Below, piece by piece: positions 1 to 9,654 of a stretch of DNA of 64,000 nucleotides (the first letter of the stretch is position 1; every line of letters starts with the position of its first letter). This stretch comes from Bacteroidia bacterium (GTDB taxonomy: Bacteria; Bacteroidota; Bacteroidia; 2-12-FULL-35-15), in the NCBI GenBank assembly GCA_036170475.1, contig JAVHPE010000177.1:119527-183526 (forward strand), in the 5' to 3' direction. The position numbers and the translations under genes are program-made. The notes below the pieces were generated by a model. It made no database searches and had not been told where the DNA came from. It saw nothing but the letters and a program-made list of their open reading frames with translations.

Positions 1-1218
1 GTCAGCTGCCAATTCAATGATAGATTTAAAACGCTCCTCACTTTCTTTTAAAGCCTCTTCTGACAGTTTTCGAGCGGTAATATCATTCCAATGAACCATC
101 AACATATTTTTATTTTCAAATGGAATAACCGAAAGAGTAATGTCCATAAAAATAGGTGTGCCATCTATTTTATTGTGAACCCATTCAAACTTTGTGCTCC
201 CATGTTTATATCCATTTTTTATCATTTGCTCCGCCTTAATGCTGGAAAGTTGTCCATCGGGCTGGTATTTGGGAGATACATCTGATGGATGAATTGGAAT
301 TAGTTTTTCTTTTGATTCGGCGCCCAGAATTTTTACTGCCGCCTGGTTACAATCAACAAACTGAAATGTGTCATCAATTAACAGAATAGGGCTACCGGCA
401 TTTTCAAAAAGAGAATAAAACTTTTCCTCACTTTTTTTTAACGCCTCTTCCGCTTTGCTGCGTTCTGTAATATCAATAATCGTTAAAAGAAGGTGTTTTT
501 CGCCTTCCATGAAAAGAGAAGCCATTTGACAATCCAACCATACATTTCTTCCAAAAGAGGTTGTAAAATGAGCTGTAAATTTCCGTCTTTCGCCTGTTTC
601 CGTTACTTGAATAGCATTTTCTAACAATTCTGAATCTTTCCAGGAAGGTATTTCCCAGAAGTTTTGATCCAGCAGTTTCTCAATTGAAGCTCCAATAGCT
701 GTTTTTGCGGCATTATTCGCTAAAACACACTGCCCCGAAGATACTTTATATAGCAATGTGCCTATCGGCGAATTTTCTATAAGGCGTTTGTTAAAACTCA
801 GCAGATAATCTTTTTCAATTTCAGCCTCCTTGCGTTCGCTAATGTCACGAACCATTCCAAGCAGTGAACCATCTGGTAAAATTGATGCACTGATTTCAAC
901 CGGCAACAATTTTCCATCCTTGCATATTATGTGATGTTCCCCGGAAACAACTTTTCCTTCCCGGATTTTAGAAAATGTTTTATACGTTGATTCTATTTGT
1001 TCTAAAGGAATTAAATCCTTTAAATTTAACCTAAACAATTCCTCTCTGGTATATCCCAGCATTTTTAAACCAACATCATTTACATCCGTATAATTGCCCT
1101 GATTATCGGAAATGAATATTCCTTCGGAAGCATTTTGAAAAATTGTTCGAAATTTTTCTTCACTTTTTTTTAATAAGAGAATATCGTTATTTTTGTCGGG
1201 ACCAATGATTGTAGTCAT
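1..1218 (-). CDS. Multi-PAS sensor protein (probably a histidine kinase), N-terminal part; runs off the left edge
   Basis: Missing from the ORF track. Manual translation from ATG 1218 stays open to base 1 (MTTIIGPDKNNDILLLKKSEENFRTIFQNASEGIF...GMVRDISERK...IIDITERSKAEEALKKSEEKF...HWNDITARKLSEEALKESEERFKSIIELAAD). Three PAS/PAC units with DIT/DIS-ERK linkers. Confidence 0.9.
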   Translation of the reverse strand, partial: MTTIIGPDKNNDILLLKKSEEKFRTIFQNASEGIFISDNQGNYTDVNDVGLKMLGYTREELFRLNLKDLIPLEQIESTYKTFSKIREGKVVSGEHHIICKDGKLLPVEISASILPDGSLLGMVRDISERKEAEIEKDYLLSFNKRLIENSPIGTLLYKVSSGQCVLANNAAKTAIGASIEKLLDQNFWEIPSWKDSELLENAIQVTETGERRKFTAHFTTSFGRNVWLDCQMASLFMEGEKHLLLTIIDITERSKAEEALKKSEEKFYSLFENAGSPILLIDDTFQFVDCNQAAVKILGAESKEKLIPIHPSDVSPKYQPDGQLSSIKAEQMIKNGYKHGSTKFEWVHNKIDGTPIFMDITLSVIPFENKNMLMVHWNDITARKLSEEALKESEERFKSIIELAAD

Positions 1219-1549
1219 TTCAAAAGATTTATTTTAAATTCTTTGTTTTATATTATGGCGCTGTTAAGAAATAAATGGTAAAGAATTGGCGATTTATTTT
1301 GTTTTTTCAAAGCACGGCAACCAGCCAGTGACCGAATGAGCGAGACGTACCCAATCGATTAAAAAAATTCTTTGGCAATTTATAAAAAGTTCCTTGATTA
1401 TTTCATGCGAAAAGGAGAAAAATTAGAGCTTGTTTCCCATACTTTCAGGAAAATCTAAGTACAGAGTGCTCAATGTTGGAATATTTTCTATTCGAGGAAA
1501 TATTCTTTTTCTTAGAAAATGGGAAGTTTATCAGGTTGGAACATCTTCA

Positions 1550-3109
1550 CTAACGCTCTTTCCCAAATAGAAAAAAGCTGTTTAGAAATGCAAAAAAAGT
1601 AACGCCGGCCTGTGTTTCAAGGGTGTCTTCCGTAAAAAACGAAACAATTGCGATAATAAAAAAAGCTACATACAAAAAATTGAATCCTTTGGGAGAATAT
1701 AGCAATGGGTATATTAATGTTATTAGAAACCACAACAAACCAATGATGCCAAAGGCAACAGCAATTGATAAATATTGATTATGTGAACGTAACCGCCACT
1801 CGTTGCTTAAAGACGAATTCTTTTTTATATACTCCTGTTCAAAAGCTTTTGGAACATCGCCCGTGCCAACACCAAAAAACAAATTATCTTTTATAATACA
1901 CAAAGCTGTAGCCCAATATTCAAAACGTTGTGTGAGTGAATGTCCGTTAACTACTCCGGTTTTTTTATACAAATCAATTTCCCATAAAGTCTCATAGATT
2001 CTCCCTTTTAGGCTGCTTAAATTTTGATAATTTACATTGGTAGCTCCTTTCTCAATAGCTTTAACTTCCTTTTCCGTTAACAAATTTACAGCGTCCGCAT
2101 CTTTTCTCAATCCTTTTGATGCCAAAAACCGGATGAGTGTAAAATAAACATTATTCCATTTTAACATATTGCTGTCAATCTTAATAGAACTTCTATTGTT
2201 CCACGTTTCCTGCAATTCATCATTGCAATAGTACATCCAAATAAGATGGCCATTTTCAGTAATCCTTGATTTTAAATCGTGTTCGTATAAATTGCCATGC
2301 GAAGTATAAACATCAAGTTTATTATAATCGACAATGTCTGTTTGTTTGTTTTCATTTGCAATGGAATGGATATAAAAAAAAATAATTGTTATTGAACCGC
2401 AGAGTAGCAGCAGGGATCCATATTTTAACACAGGATTATTCGATTTTATAATAATATAAATTATAAAAGCGGATGTTGTAAGCGATAGCGCTATCAGACC
2501 TGTTAGCGACTCCATTAATACTAAAAAAAATATCAGCCAGAGAATAATTACAGACCACATTATTTTACCCCAGATTATTTTGTTGCTGAAAATAAAATAA
2601 GATGAAATAAAAATGGCAACGCTGATTAATAATGCAAACCTGATATGGGAAATAAAAATGGAAATGTCGCGAATATCAAAAACCGGGCGGTGGACAACAT
2701 CAATTAATATAAGCGCGCTAAATACGGTTGCTATAATAATTGATAACACAAATAACTGTAAAATAATATCAAATACTTTTCGGGAAAGGGGCTTTGAGGT
2801 AGAGATAATCAATGGAAGAATAAATAAAGGAGCCTTAATTCGAATATCTTTAAAAGCGTAATTAAAATCTGAAGTATAGGTAAGACCGATAAGAAGCAAT
2901 AGTAATAAGGAACTTACGATGACCGCAATTTTATTTTCCCAAAAGATTATAAATTTATTTTTAAGGTTTCCTTCTAATAACCAGTTGCAAACCAATATTA
3001 TTTGCGACAAGCTCATCAAAAATTTTGACATTGGTAAGCCCGCCAATAAAACAATTAAGCCAAAAATGTAAATGTAATAGTGAACCCTTTCTGGGAAAAT
3101 TGACTTCAT
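1550..3109 (-). CDS. O-antigen ligase (WaaL/Wzy_C) family polytopic membrane protein
   Basis: Many TM segments, a large periplasmic loop, and QRFEYW...FFGVGTG...RSHNQYLSIAVAFGIIG motifs. ATG at 3109 (alternative TTG at 3121). Confidence 0.8.
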   Translation of the reverse strand: MKSIFPERVHYYIYIFGLIVLLAGLPMSKFLMSLSQIILVCNWLLEGNLKNKFIIFWENKIAVIVSSLLLLLLIGLTYTSDFNYAFKDIRIKAPLFILPLIISTSKPLSRKVFDIILQLFVLSIIIATVFSALILIDVVHRPVFDIRDISIFISHIRFALLISVAIFISSYFIFSNKIIWGKIMWSVIILWLIFFLVLMESLTGLIALSLTTSAFIIYIIIKSNNPVLKYGSLLLLCGSITIIFFYIHSIANENKQTDIVDYNKLDVYTSHGNLYEHDLKSRITENGHLIWMYYCNDELQETWNNRSSIKIDSNMLKWNNVYFTLIRFLASKGLRKDADAVNLLTEKEVKAIEKGATNVNYQNLSSLKGRIYETLWEIDLYKKTGVVNGHSLTQRFEYWATALCIIKDNLFFGVGTGDVPKAFEQEYIKKNSSLSNEWRLRSHNQYLSIAVAFGIIGLLWFLITLIYPLLYSPKGFNFLYVAFFIIAIVSFFTEDTLETQAGVTFFAFLNSFFLFGKER

Positions 3110-3281
3110 AAAAACCTTCAAATGTTATTTTTTATGAAGGAAACGCATTTAATGTAAAAAAATTGTGTCCTTTAAAATTGATTGAATATTAGTTATAATT
3201 GCCAACTCCTCTGGCTTTGTCTTTAGGAGGTTATACGCTAAAAAATTCCCCGACAGTGGGGCTTGGAAACTTTATAGGTTG

Positions 3282-3427
3282 TATACCAAACGCACATAGC
3301 TTTCACGCATTATCTACGAAGTACGAATTAATACGAATTTACGAAACCCGTATCAATTCGTATATTGGCACCCATTCGTTATCGTAGATATTAACAAATT
3401 TTTCGAGAACCTATTTGTTTTGGTATA
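3282..3427. mobile_element. MITE-like element family A, copy 1 (~146 bp)
   Basis: Ends TATACCAAA...TTTGGTATA (TA-flanked). Internal TACGAA-periodic hairpin. Near-identical to 3447-3594 and 10819-10966. Confidence 0.85.
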
Positions 3428-3446
3428 ATCTAAATTTCTTCCTGTT

Positions 3447-3594
3447 TATACCAAACGCACGTAGCTTTCACGCATTATCTACGAAGTACGAATTAATACG
3501 AATTTACGAAACCCGCATCAATTCGTATATTGGTATTAATTCGTAGTTCGTAGATATTAGCAAATTTTTCGAGAACCTAAGTTGTTTTGGTTTA
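3447..3594. mobile_element. MITE-like element family A, copy 2 (tandem, 19 bp after copy 1)
   Basis: Same sequence as copy 1 with a few substitutions. Internal arms atctacgaagtacgaattaatacgaatttacgaa / ttcgtatattggtattaattcgtagttcgtagat pair at 31/34. Confidence 0.85.
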
Positions 3595-3605
3595 ATTGGA
3601 ATTAC

Positions 3606-4007
3606 CTACATTATTTCCTGACACAGTTCAATTAAAACACCATTGGTGCTTTTAGGATGTACAAAACAAATCAGTTTATTGTCCGCCCCTTTTTTAGGCT
3701 CTTCAGAAAGCAGTGTAAACCCTTCATTTTTCAAGCGTTTCATTTCAGCATAAATATCTGATACTTCAAATGCAATATGATGTATTCCTTCGCCTTTTTT
3801 TTCAATAAATTTAGCAATAGGGCTATCAGGGTTTGTTGCTTCAAGCAACTCTACTTTACTATTACCCATCCTAAAAAATGATGTTGAAACATTCTCACTT
3901 TCTACTGTTTCCGATTTATAAGCAGCCGTTTCAAAAAGCTTGGCAAATAAGTGGTTAGACTGCTCCAGATTTTTTACAGCAATGCCCAGGTGCTCTATTT
4001 TTAACAT
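3606..4007 (-). CDS. mce: Methylmalonyl-CoA epimerase
   Basis: VOC-fold motifs IEHLGIAV, VELLE, GEGIHHIAFEV, FVHPKSTNGVLIELCQ. Confidence 0.93.
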   Translation of the reverse strand: MLKIEHLGIAVKNLEQSNHLFAKLFETAAYKSETVESENVSTSFFRMGNSKVELLEATNPDSPIAKFIEKKGEGIHHIAFEVSDIYAEMKRLKNEGFTLLSEEPKKGADNKLICFVHPKSTNGVLIELCQEIM

Positions 4008-4030
4008 TTACATTGATTTTACATTAGCAC

Positions 4031-4066
4031 AAAAAAAATCCCGATTTTTTAATTCGGGATTTTTTT
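4031..4066. terminator. Intrinsic terminator hairpin (symmetric A/T tails)
   Basis: aaaaaaaATCCCGA-loop-TCGGGATtttttt, downstream of the minus-strand gene at 4116-4922. Confidence 0.75.
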
Positions 4067-4115
4067 GAATATTTTTTGCTTTGAAAGTTTGTAATTACAG
4101 CTTTCAAAATGAGTA

Positions 4116-4922
4116 TTATTTTTTAATAAATTCGCCCATCTTATTGTCATAGTTCAGATAATATGCACCTTTAGGAAGATTAGAGGCATCAATGGTAGAG
4201 GCAAAGCCACGTTTAACAATATTACCATATTGATCATAAATCTCAAACATTGTTTCAACCGGAGTATCGCCTGCAATAAGGAAGTTAATCGATTTTGAAA
4301 CTTTTTGAGGACTAAATGAAACTTCAGGTGTGACGGACATATAATCAACTGTTTTTGAAAATCTAGGCTGACCGGTATAATCAATCTGTTTTACACGATA
4401 TTGATTTTTCTTAAAATGAGGAATCACTTTAAACGAATAATTATTTAAATCAGCAGTTCCCAAACCATCTACATCACCTACTTTAACCCATTTGTTCCAG
4501 CGGAACTGTTCGATTGTATAAGTAAGTTTACCACTTTCACCCTTAGTCGACCATTTTAATGTCAAGCTGGGTTCAACAGCCATTGAAACAATATCAAAAG
4601 TGCTTTTAGGTTTTAATACCTCCGGATTTAATACTTTTGGCTTGCACTCATCCTTGTGCGTAATTTTCACTTCTATTTTATCTCCTATTTTTAATTGCAA
4701 ATTTCTGAAATCAATTTCAAATGCGCTAGATGCAATCTCATCTGTAGTAACATTGCCATTAACCCTTACCTCCTGAACACAATACCCTACACCGGAACTG
4801 GCAAAAGGATTTTGCACATAAAGATTTTTCCCTTGATAGTTCCCTTCCAACACAATTACGCCAGTGGCAAAACCAACGGTTGAAACAAACAAACTAAATA
4901 CAGCAAAAAGTGTTTTTTTCAT
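4116..4922 (-). CDS. Secreted beta-rich hypothetical protein with a T9SS type-A-like C-terminus
   Basis: Signal peptide, Ig/Fn3-like segment (LKWST...YTIEQ...YRVKQIDYTG), C-terminal EIYDQYGNIVKRG..IDASNLPKGAYYL. Confidence 0.65.
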   Translation of the reverse strand: MKKTLFAVFSLFVSTVGFATGVIVLEGNYQGKNLYVQNPFASSGVGYCVQEVRVNGNVTTDEIASSAFEIDFRNLQLKIGDKIEVKITHKDECKPKVLNPEVLKPKSTFDIVSMAVEPSLTLKWSTKGESGKLTYTIEQFRWNKWVKVGDVDGLGTADLNNYSFKVIPHFKKNQYRVKQIDYTGQPRFSKTVDYMSVTPEVSFSPQKVSKSINFLIAGDTPVETMFEIYDQYGNIVKRGFASTIDASNLPKGAYYLNYDNKMGEFIKK

Positions 4923-5202
4923 ATTCCCTTTAAAATTAAAAACAATACCCCTTTATTTATTTAATGACCAATAATTTTCGATACAATATTATAAATCTTA
5001 TTTAACAATTTCAAAATAAAAAAATAATTTTTTACAATCGTTTGCAAAAATAAACAAAATTGTTTCACTTAACACATCTTTTAACTATTTTTCTAAATCA
5101 TTCGCCAAAGAGCGTTATTTTGTAAATTTATTTGTTTTTTTGTAAAAGATCGAGTAATCTTGCATTTAATCTAAAAAGGTATTTAATCTTTATATTATAG
5201 TT

Positions 5203-6969
5203 ATGAAAAAATCATTATTTATTTTTCTTATATTAACAGTGTTTTACACTTCCTGCTCTAATCAGGGCGCTGGTAATTCGGGAACAAAAGTAGCCAAAGG
5301 CGACAAAGTTTATGGCGGAACATTGCGGGTTAATGCCACAGAGCAGATTCAAACGCTTTATCCCGCCTCCATTATAGATGTTGTTTCAAATCATGTTGCG
5401 GACCAAATTTATGAAGGACTGGTAAAATTTAATTCCAAGGACTTATCTATTATGCCCAGTTTGGCTGAAAAATGGGACATTGACGCTGCCGGAACCACCT
5501 ATACATTTCATTTGAAGAAAGGTGTGATGTTTCAGGATAATGAATGTTTTTCAGGAGGGAAAGGAAGGGAAGTAAAAGCGACTGACGTAAAATACTCATT
5601 TGATTTGTTATGTGTTGACAGCAAAGACAATGTAAACTTTCCCGCTACTTTTAAAGACCGGATTGTAGGAGCCAATAAGTTTTTTGAAACCAGTAAAGAT
5701 AAGCCGAATGGTTCAATTGAAGGAATTAGCGTGGTTGATGATTATACTATAAAAATTACATTAACAGCACCCAGTACTTCATTTTTATTTGTTTTGGCTT
5801 CTCCTGCAACAAGTGTGATTCCTAAGGAAGCTGTTGAAAAATATGGCAAAAATACAAAAGTAGGTACAGGTGCTTTTGTTTTTGTTGAGAATGCGGGAGC
5901 AGATAAAATAATTTTGAAGCGAAATAATAACTATCATGGTGTTGACTCATTGGGAAACCAATTGCCTTTTCTTGACAGCGTCATTGTGAGCTTTTTGCCA
6001 ACAAAAAAAGAAGAATTGGAGACTTTCAAAAATGGTAATTTGGCTGAAGTTATTGAACTTCCATCTGAATCCATTAAAGAAATGATAGAAAAAGAAATTA
6101 CAGACTTCCAAAATAAACAACCCAAATATATATTGGAGCGTTTACCGGAAATGGCTAGTCAATACTATTTGTTTAATCTTACCAAAGAACCGTTTACGAA
6201 TGTAAAAGTGCGTAAAGCCTTTTCCTATGCTATTGACAGGAATAAAATTATTGAAGAAGTATTAAAAGGTGAAGCTTATGGTCCTGGGATAAATGGTATC
6301 TCTCCGCCAACATTTAAAGGATATGACATTACCAAAATTAAAGGATATGATTTTGACCCTAAGGAAGCTAAAAAATTATTAGCGGAAGCGGGATTCCCAA
6401 ATGGTAAAGGATTTCCTAAAGTAAAGGTGGAGTTGAATAGTAGTGGGTTGAAAAATGCTGATGTGGTTGTAGAGGTACAAAAACAATTGAAAGAAGTGTT
6501 AAACATTGATATTGATTTTGAAATAGTAGCATCACTAAAACAAAAACTGGATGATCAAAAATATGGAAAGGCTGAAATTTTTCGTGCTTCATGGATTGCC
6601 GATTTTCCAAGTCCTGAAAACTTTTTATGGATGTTTTATGGCGGTAGTGTACCAGCTGACAACACTCAACCATCATGGCCCAATACTTCGCGCTATAAAA
6701 ATGCGGAGTTTGATAAATTGATTCAGGCTGGAAAAACTTCAAAAACTATTGAAGAAAGTTACGCTAATTTTATGAAAGCAGAGCAATTATTAATGGATGA
6801 AGCTCCGGCTATTATGCTTTGGTATGGGGAAAATTATCGTTTGGTAAAATCTAATGTACATAGCCTTTTCTCGAATCCTATGCGTTACAGAGATTATTCA
6901 CTGGTATATTTGAAAGATGTGAAACCAGCAGCCTCTGCTGAAACAGAAAAAAAAGATGATCATAAATAA
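5203..6969 (+). CDS. ABC transporter substrate-binding lipoprotein, family 5 (OppA/DppA-like)
   Basis: Lipobox YTSC; IYEGLV..PSLAEKW...YTFHLKKGV.F; VGTGAF; VRKAFSYAIDR; YDFDPKEAKKLLAEAG. Confidence 0.9.
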   Translation: MKKSLFIFLILTVFYTSCSNQGAGNSGTKVAKGDKVYGGTLRVNATEQIQTLYPASIIDVVSNHVADQIYEGLVKFNSKDLSIMPSLAEKWDIDAAGTTYTFHLKKGVMFQDNECFSGGKGREVKATDVKYSFDLLCVDSKDNVNFPATFKDRIVGANKFFETSKDKPNGSIEGISVVDDYTIKITLTAPSTSFLFVLASPATSVIPKEAVEKYGKNTKVGTGAFVFVENAGADKIILKRNNNYHGVDSLGNQLPFLDSVIVSFLPTKKEELETFKNGNLAEVIELPSESIKEMIEKEITDFQNKQPKYILERLPEMASQYYLFNLTKEPFTNVKVRKAFSYAIDRNKIIEEVLKGEAYGPGINGISPPTFKGYDITKIKGYDFDPKEAKKLLAEAGFPNGKGFPKVKVELNSSGLKNADVVVEVQKQLKEVLNIDIDFEIVASLKQKLDDQKYGKAEIFRASWIADFPSPENFLWMFYGGSVPADNTQPSWPNTSRYKNAEFDKLIQAGKTSKTIEESYANFMKAEQLLMDEAPAIMLWYGENYRLVKSNVHSLFSNPMRYRDYSLVYLKDVKPAASAETEKKDDHK

Positions 6970-6986
6970 TAAAATACCACTTTAAT

Positions 6987-7021
6987 AAAAAACGCCCCGC
7001 ATTTCTGTGGGGCATTTTTTT
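6987..7021. terminator. Bidirectional intrinsic terminator
   Basis: aaaaaacGCCCCGCA-tttc-TGTGGGGCattttttt between convergent genes. Confidence 0.8.
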
Positions 7022-7084
7022 ATCATTAGTGTCAAAAAATCACTTACGCATACTCCTTGTATGATCATCGAGGATTTTATTCTG

Positions 7085-8041
7085 TTAAAAATTTCTGAAT
7101 CTGCCAAAAACACCAAGTGGCAGTTTATTCCCTTCTGTAGCTTGTAAATATAATTCACCTACATTCAAATTCTTTTCTGCTTTTTGTTTCAATAAGTTTT
7201 CAATGATAAGTGGCGAAAATCCCAATGAGTATGCATTAAGAATAAGAAAATGTTCCTGATCACTCAGTAAATTTAATACCCCTTTTATCATTTCATTTAT
7301 ATTATCTTCCAGTTTCCATTTTTCACCATTTGGACCGTGACCAAAGGCTGGTGGGTCAAGAATAATTCCGTTGTATTTGTTACCTCGTTTTTCTTCCCGT
7401 TTCACAAATTTCAATGCATCTTCTACCACCCATCGTATATTGGTTAACCCCGATAAATCCATATTTTCTTTTGACCAGGTAACAACTTGTTTTATCGAAT
7501 CAACGTGTGTAACATCTGCCCCGGCTGCCTTTGCAGCTAAGGATGCACCACCGGTATAGGCAAATAGATTCAATATTTTCGGTTGGGGAACAGACATGGC
7601 TTTCACCGATTCAAAGATATAGTCCCAATTAGGTGCTTGTTCAGGAAATATTCCAACATGCTTAAATGAAGTCAATCCTAAACGGAAGGAGATGTGAGAT
7701 GTGAGATGTGAGATGTGAGATTTTTCCTCCTCATGATTCTTAATTCTCGATTCTTGACTCCTGGTTCTTGATTCTTGATTCTCCTTCTCACCTAACTCAT
7801 AACTAATCCTCCATTGATCGGGCATTTGTTTCAGCTTTTTCCATTCTCCTGATGAACTTGAACGTGGTATAAATTTAATGTGAGCGCGTTTTTCCCATTC
7901 GGCAGCACTCAATGATTTATCCCAGACAGCTTGTGGCTCGGGGCGAATCGTAATATATTGACCAAAACGTTCCAGTTTTTCAAAACCGCCAACATCAATT
8001 AATTCATAATCTTTAAAATTGTTCGGAGTAAGTAATTGCAT
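7085..8041 (-). CDS. Class I SAM-dependent methyltransferase (RlmI/RlmK-like), with a repeat-derived in-frame insertion
   Basis: FKHVGIFPEQ, ILNLFAYTGGAS, VEDALKF and IILDPPAFG motifs. Confidence 0.85.
   Translation of the reverse strand: MQLLTPNNFKDYELIDVGGFEKLERFGQYITIRPEPQAVWDKSLSAAEWEKRAHIKFIPRSSSSGEWKKLKQMPDQWRISYELGEKENQESRTRSQESRIKNHEEEKSHISHLTSHISFRLGLTSFKHVGIFPEQAPNWDYIFESVKAMSVPQPKILNLFAYTGGASLAAKAAGADVTHVDSIKQVVTWSKENMDLSGLTNIRWVVEDALKFVKREEKRGNKYNGIILDPPAFGHGPNGEKWKLEDNINEMIKGVLNLLSDQEHFLILNAYSLGFSPLIIENLLKQKAEKNLNVGELYLQATEGNKLPLGVFGRFRNF
7689..7782. repeat. Two heptamer tandem arrays inside the methyltransferase CDS
   Basis: (GAGATGT)x4.7 at 7689-7721 and seven TGATTCT-like units at 7734-7782. 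Confidence 0.9.
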
Positions 8042-8182
8042 TTTTTTGATGTGCTAATTTGAATTTGTGCTAATTTGAAAATGGAATTAACAAATATATT
8101 AATTTAAAATTCTCATTGATGAAGGCCAGATTCTGAGGTGCAGAATAAATTATTTTGAAATTAAAAACGTAAAAGCAATATG

Positions 8183-9556
8183 CTAACCAAACAGCAGACT
8201 AAAGACTTCTTCAATTTTACCAACCATGGTAATTTTGATGCGATAGTTTGTTAGATCAAGTCCTTTTTTATTGTATTTAGAAATAAAAATATGTTCGAAT
8301 CCTAATTTCTCAGCTTCCGAAATACGCTGATCAATGCGATTTACAGGGCGTATCTCACCACTCAATCCTACTTCACCTGCAAAACAAGTCTTAGGTGAAA
8401 TAGGCATATCTTCATTACTTGAAAGTACAGCACATACCAATGCTAAATCTATTCCGGGATCTTCTACTTTTATTCCTCCTGCAATATTTAAAAATACATC
8501 TTTTATGCCCAACCTGAAGCCACAGCGTTTTTCAAGGACAGCAAGCAGCATTGCCAATCTTCTCAAATCAAAACCGGTGGAGGATCGTTGTGGTGTTCCG
8601 TATGCAGCACTGCTCACCAAGGCTTGTGTTTCAATCAGCATAGGGCGTAACCCTTCCATAGTAGCAGCAATAGCAACGCCGCTTACTAATTCTTCACGGG
8701 CAGTAATTAATATTTCCGATGGATTAGTTACTTCCCGTAAACCGCTTCCCTGCATCTCATAAATGCCTAATTCATTGGTAGAACCAAAACGGTTTTTTGT
8801 GGTGCGCAGTAATCGATACACATGGTTTCTGTCTCCTTCAAATTGCAAAACGGTATCTACCATATGCTCCAAAACTTTTGGTCCCGCAAGGCTTCCATCT
8901 TTGGTAATATGTCCAATCAAAAACACACACGTTCCGCTTTCTTTTGCATACCGCATCAACTCCGAAGTACACTCTCGAATTTGTGAAACACTGCCGGGGG
9001 AAGATTCAATGTGAGCAGAATATAATGTTTGAATGGAATCTACAATCAATAAATTCGGTTCCAGCACCTCTATCTGTTTAAAAATATTTTGTGTAGAGGT
9101 CTCCGTTAAAATATAACATTTCGGATTATTCATTCCGATACGTTCAGCGCGCATACGAATTTGTTGTTCGCTTTCTTCACCTGATACATAGAGCACTTTC
9201 AGGTTTTTCATGTTTAACGCTACCTGTAACATCAATGTCGATTTACCGATACCGGGCTCCCCGCCAAATAACACCAATGAACCGGGAACCAGGCCACCAC
9301 CTAATACTCTGGAAAGCTCCTTATCATAGACAGGAATGCGGTGTTGTTCTGACAAGCTGATTTCGCTTACTAATTGCGGCTTTGAGGCACGCTGAGTGCA
9401 GGTGCTGATAATGCCGGGAGTTTTCGCATCATCTCCTCTTGAAACAATTTCCTCCACGTACGTATTCCACTCGTTACAGGAAGGGCAACGACCAATCCAT
9501 CTTGCAGATTGCGCTCCACAACTCTGACAGAAATATGTTGACTTTGTTTTTGCCAT
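8183..9556 (-). CDS. radA: DNA repair protein RadA/Sms
   Basis: C4 zinc finger CQSC..CPSC, Walker A GEPGIGKS, KNRFG motif, Lon-like C-terminal domain. Confidence 0.97.
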   Translation of the reverse strand: MAKTKSTYFCQSCGAQSARWIGRCPSCNEWNTYVEEIVSRGDDAKTPGIISTCTQRASKPQLVSEISLSEQHRIPVYDKELSRVLGGGLVPGSLVLFGGEPGIGKSTLMLQVALNMKNLKVLYVSGEESEQQIRMRAERIGMNNPKCYILTETSTQNIFKQIEVLEPNLLIVDSIQTLYSAHIESSPGSVSQIRECTSELMRYAKESGTCVFLIGHITKDGSLAGPKVLEHMVDTVLQFEGDRNHVYRLLRTTKNRFGSTNELGIYEMQGSGLREVTNPSEILITAREELVSGVAIAATMEGLRPMLIETQALVSSAAYGTPQRSSTGFDLRRLAMLLAVLEKRCGFRLGIKDVFLNIAGGIKVEDPGIDLALVCAVLSSNEDMPISPKTCFAGEVGLSGEIRPVNRIDQRISEAEKLGFEHIFISKYNKKGLDLTNYRIKITMVGKIEEVFSLLFG

Positions 9557-9654
9557 TTGTTAAAATAGTACTAATAACGAATCGTTGCGAATTTACGAAT
9601 CTCTGTTGGTTAAATTGTCAATTGTTAAATTGATTAATTGTTTTTTTTACCTAA

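Noticed and set aside
1310-1362. c-di-GMP-I/II riboswitch call
   Set aside because: Only fragmentary resemblance (attgggtac, ggttgccg) and the core consensus elements are missing. Kept only as a low-interest unexplained segment.
3199-3387. 62-aa ORF
   Set aside because: Mostly a translation of MITE family A, with no protein-like features.
3282-3594. Tandem direct repeats as a CRISPR array
   Set aside because: Units are ~147 bp with one 19-bp spacer and TIRs. No 25-45 bp repeat/spacer periodicity and no cas genes.
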